Of a DNA stretch of 39,913 bases, positions 25,815 through 34,071 are shown piece by piece (the stretch's first letter is position 1; the number at the start of each line of letters is the position of its first letter). This DNA comes from Cytophagales bacterium (lineage in GTDB: Bacteria; Bacteroidota; Bacteroidia; Cytophagales; Cyclobacteriaceae): positions 1 to 39,913 of the forward strand of contig JAHEMV010000002.1 of NCBI GenBank assembly GCA_024643455.1, read 5' to 3'. Under the pieces are notes generated by a model. That model was not told the origin of the DNA. It made no database searches and saw only the letters and a program-made list of their open reading frames with translations. The translations under genes were made by a program, and so were the position numbers.

Positions 25815-27788
25815 TTATCCTTTTTCAAAGATCAACACTTTCTTATTGAAGTCGGCCGCAGCATTGATGATTTTTCTGAATTGTTCAAAATATTCCAATG
25901 GATAATCGAGTTGTTTGTAATACTCTTTAACCGTAACCAGAACTAAATTTCCGTCAACCATGTAATCTGAATTAAATCCCATGGATTTAACACCATTTTC
26001 TTCATGGAAAATATCCATTTTCAAATCATCGAGGTTGCGCACACGATAACCCTTCGGGATTTCAAATTGAATTCTTCTTTCGTAATTCCGATTAAATTCA
26101 TTTTCTACAGGCAATTTGCGGTCCTCTTCCTGGTACATTTCTACTTGTTCGCCAATAACCTCACCTATTTTCAATAAATATCGGCTTCCAGCTTTATCAT
26201 AAAATGAGCTCCTGGTTGATGCCTGGCCTTTTATAATGAATGGTTTTCTATAAAACGAATCCAGAGATAAATTAACCAGTTTAAATTCATTAAGATCAAT
26301 GTCTTTCCCAGATAAATTCAATAATTCGTTTACAACCAGTTTTGTCTCTTTCTCAGGAATTAGATCAAAAATGGGTTGTATATAAGTAGCATTGTATCCG
26401 CTAAGCGTTCGCACTATTTGTACGTTCATCTTATCGAATTCACCTTCAAAATTAATTTTTATATCAAGTTTGTCTTCATTTTCATTAAAGGGCAAAGGTT
26501 CAATAAACTTAACTTCTGGTACTGCCATGCTGATTTCACCAAGTTTTTGACTTTTTATAAAAAGCCCATAATTATTGCACCAGTAAAATGGTACATATCC
26601 CAAGCGATATAATGTCTCTGTGGGAGCCATATATTTATCCAATTCGGGAAAGTAAAATATATAGTTTTCTAAAAAACTGTAGGATTCAAAACTTGGATCC
26701 ATAGTTACTTTTGTTCTGTCGGACGTCAAACCATAGCTATAATTAATATCATAAAGATCAAATAAGGCCATGTAAAGTTTTATTGTGCCTCTCTGGTTGG
26801 CAACAAGTTTTTCAAGAATTACTTCAAGATTTTCCATTTCATCATCATGCTGATCTGATGTGGTAACATTTCGCTTTATGTAATCTTCTATTTTCCTGAT
26901 TTTATTCTCATTTGTGAGGCTTTCAAGATCAAGTTTAGTTGCCAGTGTTTTTATAGACTTCACATCTTTTTTAGAGATATTCGAGCGCAGATATTGATCC
27001 AGCTGATTTGAGAGCTGAGCGTAAGTATATAATTTAACTCCATCAGCAGGTTTTATATGATCGAGTTTATATTCGACACGCATCAGGCTATTGTTGTATG
27101 GAGCGTATAATTCTGGTTCCAACGGATCAATTTTGGACATAGAAGCTATATAATGGTTTTTCCCCTCTATAGTCGTATCCAATTCCATTTCATGAAAACC
27201 ATTGTAACTTTTAAAGTTAAAATACATTTTGCTTTCGCAATACAAATGAAATTCTGTGTTCAATTTATATTCATCGGACTGAAAAAACTCTCTCCCGCCT
27301 TCAAGTTGCGGCATCATTTTCAAGGTGTAGATGTATTCTATTTGACTCCCTACCTCTACCCCTTCAATTGCAAAATATTTGTATGAAGAATAATTATCTT
27401 TTCCTTCATAGTCCTTAAGATCAATCTTATTGATTTCTTTTATTCCATCTTTGGTAATCACCCGTACCCGCAAGTCTTCAATTCCCACAACCCTTGCCAT
27501 TGGAATATAATGTTTATTATAAATTTCTACAGCTTCATGCGTATTTACCTGAACTTTGGAATGAACGGTGTAAAGCTGCATTAAGGAATTATACTCATTA
27601 TCAAAATAAAATTCCACTGCTTTGAGATCCTTCAAAATAATGGCCTTTTGCGGCTTGCCTTCAATCTGAATTTGTTCAAACTCACCTTGTTTAATCCAAT
27701 CATATTGCTCAGAAAATAAACCTGTTGCAAAACATAATTGCTGAGAAATCAGAAAAACGATAAAAACAAACTTCTTTATAAACCTCAT
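25815..27788 (-). CDS. Exported DUF3857/DUF3858-type protein, transglutaminase-like paralogue apparently lacking the catalytic Cys
   Basis: 657-aa ORF with a signal peptide (FVFIVFLISQQLCFA). Overall length and layout parallel the upstream gene. By eye, the segment aligned to its GDCKD core reads GTIKL. Confidence 0.6.
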   Translation of the reverse strand: MRFIKKFVFIVFLISQQLCFATGLFSEQYDWIKQGEFEQIQIEGKPQKAIILKDLKAVEFYFDNEYNSLMQLYTVHSKVQVNTHEAVEIYNKHYIPMARVVGIEDLRVRVITKDGIKEINKIDLKDYEGKDNYSSYKYFAIEGVEVGSQIEYIYTLKMMPQLEGGREFFQSDEYKLNTEFHLYCESKMYFNFKSYNGFHEMELDTTIEGKNHYIASMSKIDPLEPELYAPYNNSLMRVEYKLDHIKPADGVKLYTYAQLSNQLDQYLRSNISKKDVKSIKTLATKLDLESLTNENKIRKIEDYIKRNVTTSDQHDDEMENLEVILEKLVANQRGTIKLYMALFDLYDINYSYGLTSDRTKVTMDPSFESYSFLENYIFYFPELDKYMAPTETLYRLGYVPFYWCNNYGLFIKSQKLGEISMAVPEVKFIEPLPFNENEDKLDIKINFEGEFDKMNVQIVRTLSGYNATYIQPIFDLIPEKETKLVVNELLNLSGKDIDLNEFKLVNLSLDSFYRKPFIIKGQASTRSSFYDKAGSRYLLKIGEVIGEQVEMYQEEDRKLPVENEFNRNYERRIQFEIPKGYRVRNLDDLKMDIFHEENGVKSMGFNSDYMVDGNLVLVTVKEYYKQLDYPLEYFEQFRKIINAAADFNKKVLIFEKG

Positions 27789-27799
27789 CTCACTTCCTA

Positions 27800-29737
27800 T
27801 TATTTCCTACCCAAAACGATCGATTCCTTATACGCCGCAAATAACCCTTTTATCATCTTATTCCAAGACTCAAATTGATCTATTTTGAGCTGGAGCGTAT
27901 TTATATTTATTTTTTGATGGATAAGTATTTGATCACCTTCAACTTTGTATGATATACTAAAACCAAAATCTTCACTTTCATATTGTGTATCTTCAGGCAA
28001 AAAATTAACCGTGAAATCATCCGGTATGTTTATACAATAAACATTTGTGCTCTGACTTTTGTAAGGGTAAAATATATCTTCATTTGTTTGCGGAATATCA
28101 ATTAATCCATTTTCAAGCTCCTTGTTCAAATGTGGGTTTATGAATATTTCGTCTGTAGAATTCCATATATAATCTCCTATGGAAAAATCATAATTTATCT
28201 GTAAGGCATTATTCTTATCGGAAACATGTTGCGTCGTTACAGAATCAAGTAAGAATTTATTATTACCTTTTATTAACAACATGGATAAAAAGGATTTTTT
28301 ATCAGAATCATTCAGGTTTTCCAGGTTATTTGCAATAGGTATTTTTTTATATCCTGAATATCTGGCCTGTCCAGATCCCAATACCATCTTATCTTCAATA
28401 TGCAAAAATACAGAGTCAATAGAACTATTTTTTTCTGCATCAACCACTGGAACATTTACCAATTCAAAATCCGTAGTTCCTTTATTTACCAATGCCTCTT
28501 TGCCCTGGATATGACTTGTTGGCGTTCCCAAAATATTATACTGGTCTGTGGCATCAAGAAAATAATATTTTCCTGCATGGACATACGCACATATCATATG
28601 ATTATCTGCCATTGGTGTTGGCACCTCATTATGCGTGTACGGTATTGCGGTTGTGCCAATCCAGGCCAGGTTTGAAGCTATATCTGCCGCATTTAACATG
28701 GTGTGAATTAGATTGCTCATATCCTTGCAATCTCCATATCTACGTGTGAAAACAGTGTTGGCTGTCCTTGGACGAAATCCACCTAAACCATCTTCAATGG
28801 CAATATATTTGATGTTTTGTTGCACCCAATCATATATCGCTTCTACTTTTTCCAATTCAGTGCTTTTTCCAGCAATAATATTATCTACCATTTTGTTTAT
28901 ACTCTCATTATCCTTATCATCGACATCATTTAGGAAATTCTGATACCATTCATGCAGATCGTTTACATCGCCCAGCACATTGTATTTCTTCCCTGCATAC
29001 TCATAGGAATCGACATGAATGATCAAATGTGGTGCCGAATGCAATACACCATTTGCACCCTTACTCAACTCAATTCTTTTTAAATGATCTGCTGTCCAGG
29101 TATATATAATATTTTTACCTTTTTTTTCAGTGGTAAATTTTACTTTGTCATCATCAATTGCAAACGTGCTGAATTTCAATTTTACTTCCTGCGGTGCTTT
29201 AACTGAATAAATACTCTTCTCTACCGGGAAAAATGAAGAAAACATATAGTATCCCCACAATCTAGGTTCGTTATATTTTTTAGTGTAAGAAATTACCGTT
29301 TTGGACCCTGCAGATAAAGCAGGAAATAGATAGGTGATTTGCTTTTGATCATCATAAAATACTCCAGAAGACCTGGAATCCGTGGTCACAAAATCTTTAA
29401 CCGGGATTTTTTTAAACTTATTTTTCTCATCAGGGATCAATGAATAAGCTTCTAAATCTCTAATTTCTGTAAAGGTGCTTGAATAGCTAACGGATTGCTC
29501 ACGGTACAAACTGGCATTGTCACTAAAATGCTGTGTTTCTTCATAAATATGAGCTTGAATTTCCAAATTTCCATCGTCGCTGATACCAATTTCTACCTGC
29601 TGATTTTGTTCTATAACAACACCACTTTCGTTTTTCAAAACCTTTTCCCAAGGAGTCTGAGCTGAAATATAATCTGTAATTAGAAACAAATGTATGAATA
29701 GCCAAAGCACTTGGATATTGTATTTGCTCTTTATCAT
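27800..29737 (-). CDS. Exported DUF3857 domain / transglutaminase-like cysteine protease-fold protein
   Basis: 645-aa ORF with a signal peptide (LWLFIHLFLITDYISA-Q). Transglutaminase core RRYGDCKDMS (Cys), NHMICAYV (His) and FLDATD (Asp). Confidence 0.7.
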   Translation of the reverse strand: MIKSKYNIQVLWLFIHLFLITDYISAQTPWEKVLKNESGVVIEQNQQVEIGISDDGNLEIQAHIYEETQHFSDNASLYREQSVSYSSTFTEIRDLEAYSLIPDEKNKFKKIPVKDFVTTDSRSSGVFYDDQKQITYLFPALSAGSKTVISYTKKYNEPRLWGYYMFSSFFPVEKSIYSVKAPQEVKLKFSTFAIDDDKVKFTTEKKGKNIIYTWTADHLKRIELSKGANGVLHSAPHLIIHVDSYEYAGKKYNVLGDVNDLHEWYQNFLNDVDDKDNESINKMVDNIIAGKSTELEKVEAIYDWVQQNIKYIAIEDGLGGFRPRTANTVFTRRYGDCKDMSNLIHTMLNAADIASNLAWIGTTAIPYTHNEVPTPMADNHMICAYVHAGKYYFLDATDQYNILGTPTSHIQGKEALVNKGTTDFELVNVPVVDAEKNSSIDSVFLHIEDKMVLGSGQARYSGYKKIPIANNLENLNDSDKKSFLSMLLIKGNNKFLLDSVTTQHVSDKNNALQINYDFSIGDYIWNSTDEIFINPHLNKELENGLIDIPQTNEDIFYPYKSQSTNVYCINIPDDFTVNFLPEDTQYESEDFGFSISYKVEGDQILIHQKININTLQLKIDQFESWNKMIKGLFAAYKESIVLGRK

Positions 29738-30564
29738 TTAACCATGGTAATTTGATTGTGATCAAGTGTGATCTTACCCTGTTTATAAAGATTTCCGATG
29801 GATTTTTTAAAGGTCTTTTTGCTTATATGCAAAGTTTCATAGATCTCTTCGGGGGTACTTTGATCTGACAACTTCAAAACACCACCATGAGAAACAAGTG
29901 CACTTAATATCTCATCATTACTATTTTCAATGTGGGTTTTGATATCGGGCTGCAAACTAATATCAATCTTACCATCAGGCCGTATTTTTTTAACAAATCC
30001 AGTTAGTTTATCTCCAATTTTTACCGGCGCAAATACTTCATTTCTGAAAACTAAACCCATATGTTTTTCATTGATGATTACATCATAGCCCAAATCGCTT
30101 TGATTAAAAACGATTAAATTCACCTGATCTTTTTCACCAATCATAAGATCATCGTTGCTAAGGAATTTCTTTACTTTTGCTGTAGCCACTAACCGATCTG
30201 TCTCTTCATCAAGGTACATCCTGACAACATAGGTATTACCCAATTGCATTTTTTTATTTTGTTCTTTAAACGGAACTAAAAGATCCTTTTCCAATCCCCA
30301 GTCCAAAAAAACACCACTTTTGTTTACATCTATCACTTTAAGAGCAGCAAATTCATTGAGCTTGATTTTTGGCTTTTCTGTGGTAGCCACAATGCGATCC
30401 TCTGAATCATTATACAGAAAAACCGCTAAGACATCTCCTTCTTTTTCAGATCCAGTAAGGTACTTGCCTGGGAGCAAGACATCTTCACCTTCTTCATCAA
30501 CTAAAAAAATGCCGTGAGGAGTATCTCTGGCCACTTTCAACGTATTTATCTCTCCTATCTTCAT
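29734..30564 (-). CDS. S1 domain RNA-binding protein, CvfB/YitL family
   Basis: 276-aa ORF. It has repeated S1-like modules (GEINTLKVARDTPHGIFLVD..., VIDVNKSGVFLDWG..., KLTGFVKKIRPDGKIDISL) and a C-terminal winged-helix-like tail (ISKKTFKKSIGNLYKQGKI). Its TGA overlaps the next gene's ATG (ATGA at 29734-29737). Confidence 0.75.
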   Translation of the reverse strand: MKIGEINTLKVARDTPHGIFLVDEEGEDVLLPGKYLTGSEKEGDVLAVFLYNDSEDRIVATTEKPKIKLNEFAALKVIDVNKSGVFLDWGLEKDLLVPFKEQNKKMQLGNTYVVRMYLDEETDRLVATAKVKKFLSNDDLMIGEKDQVNLIVFNQSDLGYDVIINEKHMGLVFRNEVFAPVKIGDKLTGFVKKIRPDGKIDISLQPDIKTHIENSNDEILSALVSHGGVLKLSDQSTPEEIYETLHISKKTFKKSIGNLYKQGKITLDHNQITMVK

Positions 30565-30570
30565 TTATGC

Positions 30571-30578
30571 TACATTTG
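30571..30578 (+). promoter_or_regulatory. Candidate Bacteroidota -7 promoter box (TACATTTG) for the divergent membrane-protein gene
   Basis: Matches TAnnTTTG on the plus strand, 38 nt upstream of the TTG start at 30616. Confidence 0.3.
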
Positions 30579-30584
30579 CAACGA

Positions 30585-30592
30585 CAAAGGTA
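30585..30592 (-). promoter_or_regulatory. Candidate Bacteroidota -7 promoter box (TACCTTTG) for the CvfB operon
   Basis: Matches TAnnTTTG on the minus strand, about 21 nt upstream of the ATG at 30564. Confidence 0.35.
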
Positions 30593-30615
30593 ATCATTAA
30601 TTTAGAATTCCGGTT

Positions 30616-31005
30616 TTGAAGTTATTCAACAAATATTTTAATCCCAGAGTAGGTTTAGCAGGTGCATTTATTATGGGAAGCATTGTATATTATATCAATC
30701 ATGACCATGGTTGGGAATTGGCAACTACTGCAGCCTTGAAACAGGCAACTTACACTTTTTTATTTGGCGGAATCATTGTCAAAATATTGGAATTTTTTCT
30801 GATAAAGATTAAAAACAAATATGCTTCTATCCCGATTTCGGTGTTAATCGTTTCCGCTATAACCACTTTTTTGGTGTTTGTAGTACATAATATGAAAGGA
30901 ACTCCAGAACCATTTTTATCTACCGTTCCGACAATATTGTTGGCACCACCTGGGTTTCTTGGACTTGCTATTCGTTTTAAAAGAAACAAAAACTGGGGTA
31001 TTTGA
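30616..31005 (+). CDS. Hypothetical small integral membrane protein (110-129 aa)
   Basis: The ORF has 3-4 clear hydrophobic helices. The start is either TTG 30616 or ATG 30673. It ends exactly where the convergent gene's stop begins (31006). No family recognised. Confidence 0.5.
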   Translation: MKLFNKYFNPRVGLAGAFIMGSIVYYINHDHGWELATTAALKQATYTFLFGGIIVKILEFFLIKIKNKYASIPISVLIVSAITTFLVFVVHNMKGTPEPFLSTVPTILLAPPGFLGLAIRFKRNKNWGI

Positions 31006-31482
31006 TTATTGAGGCAAAAACAAACATAGTTTTTTAAACAACTCTCCATTCGTTATTTCACCTTCATTTTCAATTAAACTAAATATTTCAAGCTCGCGAA
31101 CATTGCGATAAATTTGATCATATGTATAGACTTCGAGGTGTGCTGGCGGATCTATTAAGGATTTTTCTAAATACTGGTGCGATTTGAAATTGGCATTGCC
31201 AATCTTGGTAGCATCCAAACAAACAATGACAAACTTATCAGCAAGACATTGAAAAACTTCTACCTTCTCCTGGCTTCGTCGCTCTACAAATTGTGTTTTT
31301 CTCATGATTTGCTCAAAAACCACATCGCTAAAAAGATGAATCATTTTTTCAGCTTTTTCAGGCTCTGATTCTTTCATTTTTACCCAATCTTCTGCTACAA
31401 TACCGTTTAAAATCAGGAATTCAATAAATTCCTTTTCTAGTTCATAGAGTTCTTCGAAGCTGAGTAGTCTGTATTTTGCCAT
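31006..31482 (-). CDS. Hypothetical cytoplasmic protein (DUF6495-like)
   Basis: 158-aa ORF. The N-terminus MAKYRLLSFEELYELEKEFIEFLILNGIVAEDWVKMKESEPEKAEKMIHLFSDVVF resembles a family conserved in Flavobacteriia that I recall as DUF6495. Assignment is from memory only. Confidence 0.5.
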   Translation of the reverse strand: MAKYRLLSFEELYELEKEFIEFLILNGIVAEDWVKMKESEPEKAEKMIHLFSDVVFEQIMRKTQFVERRSQEKVEVFQCLADKFVIVCLDATKIGNANFKSHQYLEKSLIDPPAHLEVYTYDQIYRNVRELEIFSLIENEGEITNGELFKKLCLFLPQ

Positions 31483-31502
31483 GAATTATCTTCTCTTAAG
31501 CA

Positions 31503-31533
31503 AATAAAAAAAGCCTCACTCAGTGTGAAGCTT
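31503..31533 (-). terminator. Rho-independent terminator downstream of the cold-shock gene
   Basis: On the minus strand: AAGCUUCAC, loop ACUGA, GUGAGGCUU (9 bp including one G-U pair), followed by UUUUUUAUUU. Confidence 0.65.
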
Positions 31534-31558
31534 CAAACAAATTTCTATTAGTCACTAT

Positions 31559-31750
31559 CTATGCTAAGCGAACATTCACCGCATTCAAACCTTTACGTCC
31601 TTCTGCAAGCTCAAATGTTACTTCATCTTCATCCTTAACTTTATCGATAAGCCCTGAAACATGTACAAAATACTCTTTTTCTGTGTCGCTATCTTTAACA
31701 AATCCATATCCCTTGGTCTCATTAAAGAATTTTATTTTACCGTTATTCAT
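31559..31750 (-). CDS. Cold-shock protein (CspA family, 63 aa)
   Basis: MNNGKIKFFNETKGYGFVKD...FVHVSGL contains the RNP1 (KGYGFV) and RNP2-like (FVHVS) motifs. The ATG at 31750 gives the canonical length. The 81-aa track ORF starts at an upstream TTG. Confidence 0.9.
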   Translation of the reverse strand: MNNGKIKFFNETKGYGFVKDSDTEKEYFVHVSGLIDKVKDEDEVTFELAEGRKGLNAVNVRLA

Positions 31751-31782
31751 TATAAAATTAAAATTAGAAATAAAACTAGTTT

Positions 31783-31790
31783 CAAATTTA
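31783..31790 (-). promoter_or_regulatory. Candidate -7 promoter box (TAAATTTG) for the cold-shock gene
   Basis: Matches TAnnTTTG on the minus strand, about 33 nt upstream of the ATG at 31750. It lies inside the longer track ORF, which supports the shorter start. Confidence 0.4.
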
Positions 31791-31867
31791 TATAAAACCT
31801 CCAAAAAAAGAAACCTCTACAAAAAATAGTTGAAATTTAAGCTGAAACGCTATTTATTGGAATTCTA

Positions 31868-33631
31868 CTAACCAATTTTTCGCATTCTCAGACTTTTTGG
31901 TGTAATCTCGAGATAGTCGTCATCCTTAATATACTCCAATGATTCCTCCAGAGAAAACACAATTTTAGGAGTGATTTTAGCACTATCATCAGAACCTGAG
32001 GCACGCATGTTCGTCAGTTTCTTTCCTTTAATCACATTGACTTCAATGTCATTGTCCCTGGTATGCTCGCCAACAATCTGGCCTTTGTAGATATTTTCAC
32101 CTGCTTCAATAAAGAATCGGCCTCTATCCTGAAGACGGTCGATAGCATACGTTAGTGCCATACCTTTTTCCATTGAAACAAGTGAACCTTTTGCTTTAGA
32201 AGTTATTTCTCCAATGTATGGTTCAAAACTTTTAAATCGGTGCGTCACCACAGCTTCTCCCTGTGTTGCCGTCATCATATTGTTTCTCAAACCAATCAAA
32301 CCCCTTGAAGGAATAATAAACTCGAGATGTTTCAAATCTCCCTTGGGCTCCATCACCTGCAATTGTCCTTTACGCTGTGTAACGAGTTCAATAACTTTAC
32401 CCTCAGAAACTTCAGGTACATCTATTACAAGGTATTCAAATGGTTCACATTTTACTCCGTTGATTTCCTTGATAATGACATGAGGTCGGCCAACTTGCAA
32501 TTCGTAGCCTTCCCTTCTCATGGTCTCGATTAAAATGGATAAGTGCAAAATGCCTCTTCCGAAAACCATAAATTTATCTTCCGATGAAGTTTCTTCAACC
32601 CGTAAAGCCAGGTTTTTTTCTGTTTCCTTCATCAATCTGTCCCGAAGGTGCCGAGAAGTCACAAATTTTCCTTCCTTACCAAAAAATGGAGAATTATTGA
32701 TCGTAAACAGCATACTCATGGTAGGCTCATCCACCTTTATTCTTGGCAGCGGCTCTGGATTGTTTATGTCCGCAATTGTATCTCCAATTTCAAAATCATC
32801 CAATCCAACAATGGCACAAATATCACCGCTTCTTACCGTTTTAACCTTTTCTCGTCCCAGGCCAATAAACACATATAACTCTTTGATGCGTACTTTTTTG
32901 GGAGAGCCTTCCTTTCTGCAGATTACGTAATCCTTTCCTTCTTGTATATCTCCTTTGAAAATTCTACCTATAGCAATTCTACCTAAAAAATTAGAAAAAT
33001 CGAGTGAAGTAATTTGCATTTGCAAATCACCAGTTCTGTATGGTGCTTCCGGAATAACTTCTATAATCGTGTCCAGGAGTGGAATGATATTCTCGGTTTT
33101 ATTTTTCCAATCCGTGCTCATCCAGTTATGTTTGGATGAACCATATATCGTTTCAAAATTCAATTGATCTTCCGTTGCATCCAAATTGAACATCAGATCA
33201 AAAACTGCTTCATGCACTTCATCAGGCCGGCAGTTCTCCTTATCGACTTTGTTGATTACAACAATCGGCTTCAGGCCAAGTTCGATTGCTTTTCCAAGTA
33301 CAAACCGCGTTTGAGGCATCGGCCCTTCAAAGGCATCGACGAGTAAAAGTACTCCATCCGCCATTTTCAAAACACGTTCTACCTCTCCTCCAAAATCGGA
33401 GTGACCTGGAGTATCAATGATATTGATTTTAACTCCATTATAATTGACCGACACGTTTTTTGAAAGGATTGTTATGCCTCTCTCTCGCTCCAGATCATTA
33501 CTATCCAAAATTAAATCTCCACTTTCCTTCCTTGGATCCAATGTCCTGCACTCATGAATAATTTTATCAACAAGTGTTGTTTTTCCATGATCTACGTGTG
33601 CGATAATGGCAATATTTCTAATCGATTGCAT
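31868..33631 (-). CDS. typA: Translational GTPase TypA/BipA
   Basis: G1 AHVDHGKTT, G3 DTPGH and G4 NKVD. The EF-G-like domain order and ~590-aa length are typical of BipA. The ATG at 33631 gives MQSIRNIAIIAHVDHGKTT; the track ORF has a 12-codon upstream extension. Confidence 0.95.
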   Translation of the reverse strand: MQSIRNIAIIAHVDHGKTTLVDKIIHECRTLDPRKESGDLILDSNDLERERGITILSKNVSVNYNGVKINIIDTPGHSDFGGEVERVLKMADGVLLLVDAFEGPMPQTRFVLGKAIELGLKPIVVINKVDKENCRPDEVHEAVFDLMFNLDATEDQLNFETIYGSSKHNWMSTDWKNKTENIIPLLDTIIEVIPEAPYRTGDLQMQITSLDFSNFLGRIAIGRIFKGDIQEGKDYVICRKEGSPKKVRIKELYVFIGLGREKVKTVRSGDICAIVGLDDFEIGDTIADINNPEPLPRIKVDEPTMSMLFTINNSPFFGKEGKFVTSRHLRDRLMKETEKNLALRVEETSSEDKFMVFGRGILHLSILIETMRREGYELQVGRPHVIIKEINGVKCEPFEYLVIDVPEVSEGKVIELVTQRKGQLQVMEPKGDLKHLEFIIPSRGLIGLRNNMMTATQGEAVVTHRFKSFEPYIGEITSKAKGSLVSMEKGMALTYAIDRLQDRGRFFIEAGENIYKGQIVGEHTRDNDIEVNVIKGKKLTNMRASGSDDSAKITPKIVFSLEESLEYIKDDDYLEITPKSLRMRKIG

Positions 33632-33664
33632 CAGTTTTTCCCTATTCCGTCTTATTTCAAGCCG

Positions 33665-33672
33665 CAAAAGTA
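33665..33672 (-). promoter_or_regulatory. Candidate -7 promoter box (TACTTTTG) for typA
   Basis: Matches TAnnTTTG on the minus strand, about 34 nt upstream of the ATG at 33631. It overlaps the extended track start, which argues for the shorter gene. Confidence 0.4.
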
Positions 33673-34071
33673 CGGAGATGGATTGGATATTCAGATGGTT
33701 TCACTTAAAAATAATATTCGGGCAATTACAGTTCGAATGAAAAAGGCTTAAATAACATTCAGAAGGATCATTTAAGGTAAATTGCGATAAAACGATTTTC
33801 TCCAATTTTTATCCGTTTCTAAACAAAGTTGAAAGAAGTATTCATTTTTTAAGCTCATTTTATCACAATGCAATCTAAAAGTAAAATCAAATTGATTGAA
33901 TTGTACAATGTTATAATGTTCAATGGATAAGAATAATATTAATTAACAAATTCCATTTCTAATGATCACGAAATAAGTTATTCTGTAAAACTATTTTTCC
34001 GTTTAAATCATCCTTCTGGTAAGTCACGAAAATTCATCGCTATTTTATCACAGTTATTTAATCAATTTATC

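Noticed and set aside
30750-31049. 99-aa minus-strand ORF overlapping the small membrane-protein gene and the end of the DUF6495-like gene.
   Set aside because: The plus-strand product has clean TM helices, and the minus-strand ORF would overlap two other genes. It is judged spurious.
31751-31804. Upstream TTG extension of the cold-shock gene (81-aa version).
   Set aside because: Csp proteins are about 63-70 aa and begin just before the KGYGFV motif. A TAnnTTTG promoter box also lies inside the extension.
32520-32930. 136-aa plus-strand ORF, and several 60-90-aa ones, inside typA.
   Set aside because: They are antisense to a highly conserved GTPase gene and are shadow ORFs.
33731-33738. GTTCGAAT, resembling a tRNA T-loop, in the typA upstream region.
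   Set aside because: The flanking bases cannot form a T-stem, and there is no acceptor or anticodon arm nearby. It is not a tRNA.
33868-33930. 20-codon mini-ORF (MQSKSKIKLIELYNVIMFNG) in the 440-bp intergenic region, considered as a possible leader peptide.
   Set aside because: It is too short to evaluate from sequence alone, and no regulatory codon run or coupled terminator is evident.
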